Below, piece after piece: positions 61,819 to 64,000 of a stretch of 64,000 nucleotides of DNA. Source of the stretch: Thermoanaerobaculia bacterium. Lineage in GTDB: Bacteria > Acidobacteriota > Thermoanaerobaculia > UBA5066. Made by a program: the position numbers and the translations under genes. Every line of letters starts with the position of its first letter. The stretch's first letter is position 1. The notes under the pieces are model-generated. The model was not told the DNA's origin, ran no database searches, and was given only the letters and a program-made list of their open reading frames with translations. The stretch lies in assembly GCA_963816185.1 (NCBI GenBank), contig CAWFJJ010000001.1:256001-320000 (forward strand), written 5' to 3'.

Positions 61819-63999
61819 GTGGCGAGAGAGCGCGAACCGCGACGGTGGACCGACGGGGTCAGCCCCGCGCGGAACCCGTTCCGCGAGCAGGACGCGTGCG
61901 GCGTCGGCTTCGTCGCCCATCCCCGCGACTCTTCACACCGGGTCCTGAGGCTCGCGCTCGGGGGGCTTGCTCGTGTCGCCCACCGAGGCGCGACGGGTGC
62001 CGACCGTACGGGGGACGGTGCCGGGATCCTGACTCGCATCCCCGAGGAGCTCTTCCGGCGCGAGGCGGCGCGGCTGGCGATTCGTCTCCCCGAGGGCGAG
62101 CCCTTCGCGATCGGGACGTTCTTCCTGCCGCGCGTGAACGACAGCCAGCTCTGGTCCATGGACCTCGTCGAGAAGGCGCTGGCCGACGAAGGGCTCCCGT
62201 TCCTGGGATGGCGCAGCGTGCCCGTCCGGACCGACCGGCTGGGCCAGGCGGCGGAAGAGGGCCGGCCCGCGATCTTTCACGCCTTCGTCGGTCCACCGCG
62301 CGACACTGACGCCGACGAGTGGGAACGCGTGCTCTACCTGGCGGGACGAGTCGCCGCGCGGCGCGCGCGGCTGGCGAGGCTCCACGGCTTCTGCGTCGTG
62401 TCGCTCTCGTCGAGGACCATCGTCTACAAGGCGCTCCTGACCGGGACCGAGCTGAAGCCGTTCTATTCCGATCTCGAGGATTCCGATTACGAGACGCCGA
62501 TCGCCGTCTTCCACCAGCGGTACTCCACGAACACGGTCCCGAGCTGGAGCCTCGCGCAGCCGTTCCACCTGCTCGCGCACAACGGCGAGATCAACACCCT
62601 GTGGGGAAACCGCAACGCGATGCGCGCGCGCGAGCCCGAGCTCTCGTCCCCGGTCTGGAACGGCCGCCTCGCCCGCCTGCTGCCCGTTCTCACCGACGAG
62701 GGCAGCGACTCGACGAGCCTCGACGAAGCGCTCGAGCTCCTCGTGCGTTCGGGCCGCGACCCGCTCCACGCGCTCACGATGCTCATTCCCGACGCGCCCC
62801 AGAGCGAGGCGGATGAAGCCCTGCGCGCGTTCTACGACTTCCACGCGGGTCTCGTCGAGCCGTGGGACGGCCCCGCGGCCGTCGCTTTCTCGGACGGGAT
62901 CGTGGCCGGCGCGCACCTGGACCGCAGCGGCCTCCGGCCCCTCCGCTACAAGATCGCGCAGGACGGGATCGTCGAGGCCGCCTCCGAAGCGGGGATCGTG
63001 GACATCGAGCCCGAAGACGTCATGGAGAGCGGGCGCCTCGGCCCGGGCGAGACGATCGCCGTCGACACCGCGACGGGGGAGGTGCTCCGCGACGCCGACG
63101 TGAAGGCGCGCCTCGCCGCGCGGCGGCCGTGGGGCGCGTGGGTGAAGCGGCACCTGGTGAACGTGACGAAGCCGACGGTCCCTCTCCTGCCGCCGCCCGA
63201 CGCGGACCTCGTCAGGTGCCAGAGCGCGCGAGGCTGGGGCGTCGAGGACGTCCGGTACGTCCTCGCCCCGATGGCGGCCGGCACCGAGCCGGTCTTCAGC
63301 ATGGGCGACGATGCGCCCATTCCGCCGCTCGCGAAGTCGCCTCAGCCGCTCTACACGTTCTTCCGCCAGCGCTTCGCGCAGGTCACGAATCCCCCGATCG
63401 ACTCGCTGCGCGAGACGCTCGTCATGTCGCTGCGCATGGATCTCGGGAAGGGCGGCTCGCTCCTTCTCGAGGAGCCGGGCGACGCCCACTTCTTGACCCT
63501 GGAGCATCCGGTCCTCCTCGAGGACGAGATGGCCGGCGTCCTCTCCGCGTCGGCGTTCAGGCCGCTGACGCTCGACGCGACGTTCCTCGCCGCCGACGGA
63601 GCACCGGGTCTGACCGCCGCGCTCGAGGACCTGTCGCGGCGCGCCGAGGACGCCGTGCGCGCCGGCTCGGAGATCCTCGTGATCACCGACCGTGGCGCTA
63701 CCGAAGAGCGCGTCGCGATCCCCTCGCTCCTCGCCCTCGGCGCGGTCCGCGAGCACCTCCTGCGGACGGGACTCCGCTACCGAGTCGGGCTCGTCGTCGA
63801 GTCCGGAGACGCGCGTGACGGACACCATTTCGCCGTACTCCATGGGTTCGGCGCCGAGGCGGTACATCCCTGGCTCGCGCTCGCGTCCGTGCGGGCGCTG
63901 GCCGCCCGGGAAGACCTTCCCGGTGACGTCGCGGCCACGTTCCGGTCGACGGTCGAGAAGAGCCTGCGCAAGGTCATCGCGAAGATGGGCATCTCCGCG
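61819..63999 (+). CDS. gltB: Glutamate synthase large subunit, runs off the window
   Basis: Manual translation from GTG 61819 (GGAGG RBS): EQDACGVGFVA, HRGA, GDGAG, HQRYSTNT, HNGEINT, EPWDGPA, FAQVTNPPID, KMGIS. Confidence 0.95.
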   Translation, partial: MAREREPRRWTDGVSPARNPFREQDACGVGFVAHPRDSSHRVLRLALGGLARVAHRGATGADRTGDGAGILTRIPEELFRREAARLAIRLPEGEPFAIGTFFLPRVNDSQLWSMDLVEKALADEGLPFLGWRSVPVRTDRLGQAAEEGRPAIFHAFVGPPRDTDADEWERVLYLAGRVAARRARLARLHGFCVVSLSSRTIVYKALLTGTELKPFYSDLEDSDYETPIAVFHQRYSTNTVPSWSLAQPFHLLAHNGEINTLWGNRNAMRAREPELSSPVWNGRLARLLPVLTDEGSDSTSLDEALELLVRSGRDPLHALTMLIPDAPQSEADEALRAFYDFHAGLVEPWDGPAAVAFSDGIVAGAHLDRSGLRPLRYKIAQDGIVEAASEAGIVDIEPEDVMESGRLGPGETIAVDTATGEVLRDADVKARLAARRPWGAWVKRHLVNVTKPTVPLLPPPDADLVRCQSARGWGVEDVRYVLAPMAAGTEPVFSMGDDAPIPPLAKSPQPLYTFFRQRFAQVTNPPIDSLRETLVMSLRMDLGKGGSLLLEEPGDAHFLTLEHPVLLEDEMAGVLSASAFRPLTLDATFLAADGAPGLTAALEDLSRRAEDAVRAGSEILVITDRGATEERVAIPSLLALGAVREHLLRTGLRYRVGLVVESGDARDGHHFAVLHGFGAEAVHPWLALASVRALAAREDLPGDVAATFRSTVEKSLRKVIAKMGISA

Positions 64000-64000
64000 C

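Noticed and set aside
1-64000. CRISPR array, rRNA, tRNA, integrase, transposase or prophage
   Set aside because: No regular repeat-spacer array, RNA-gene signature or mobility protein seen by eye; a small RNA gene could have been missed

Overview
GC-rich bacterial chromosomal window, probably Acidobacteriota (inferred from the gene repertoire and a C-terminal 'TLTPCRVVDTR...GGPAL' domain; not verified by any search). It carries about 60 densely packed genes: TCA and central metabolism (gltA, mdh, sdhCAB, start of gltB), bfr/bfd, pepQ, plsC, yciH/arfB, an osmoprotectant ABC transporter, many secreted peptidases, amidases and hydrolases, a vapBC pair, a HerA-like ATPase, two four-helix-bundle-like genes and a lower-GC NHL-repeat surface protein. 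About a dozen genes contain reading-frame breaks, most likely long-read consensus errors. I saw no rRNA, tRNA, CRISPR array, integrase or transposase. Three observations stand out. (1) A dispersed purine-tract motif with core CTTAGAA/TTCTAAG recurs as convergent inverted pairs 80-134 bp apart, both between genes and written in-frame into unrelated genes on either strand; two loci 41 kb apart share identical 14-mer and 13-mer arms at an identical 142-bp offset. (2) A complete ribosome-dependent attenuator architecture (promoter, 36-aa leader peptide, antiterminator, terminator) sits in front of glutamate synthase gltB. (3) Leaderless, often bidirectional, -10-only promoters are pervasive.
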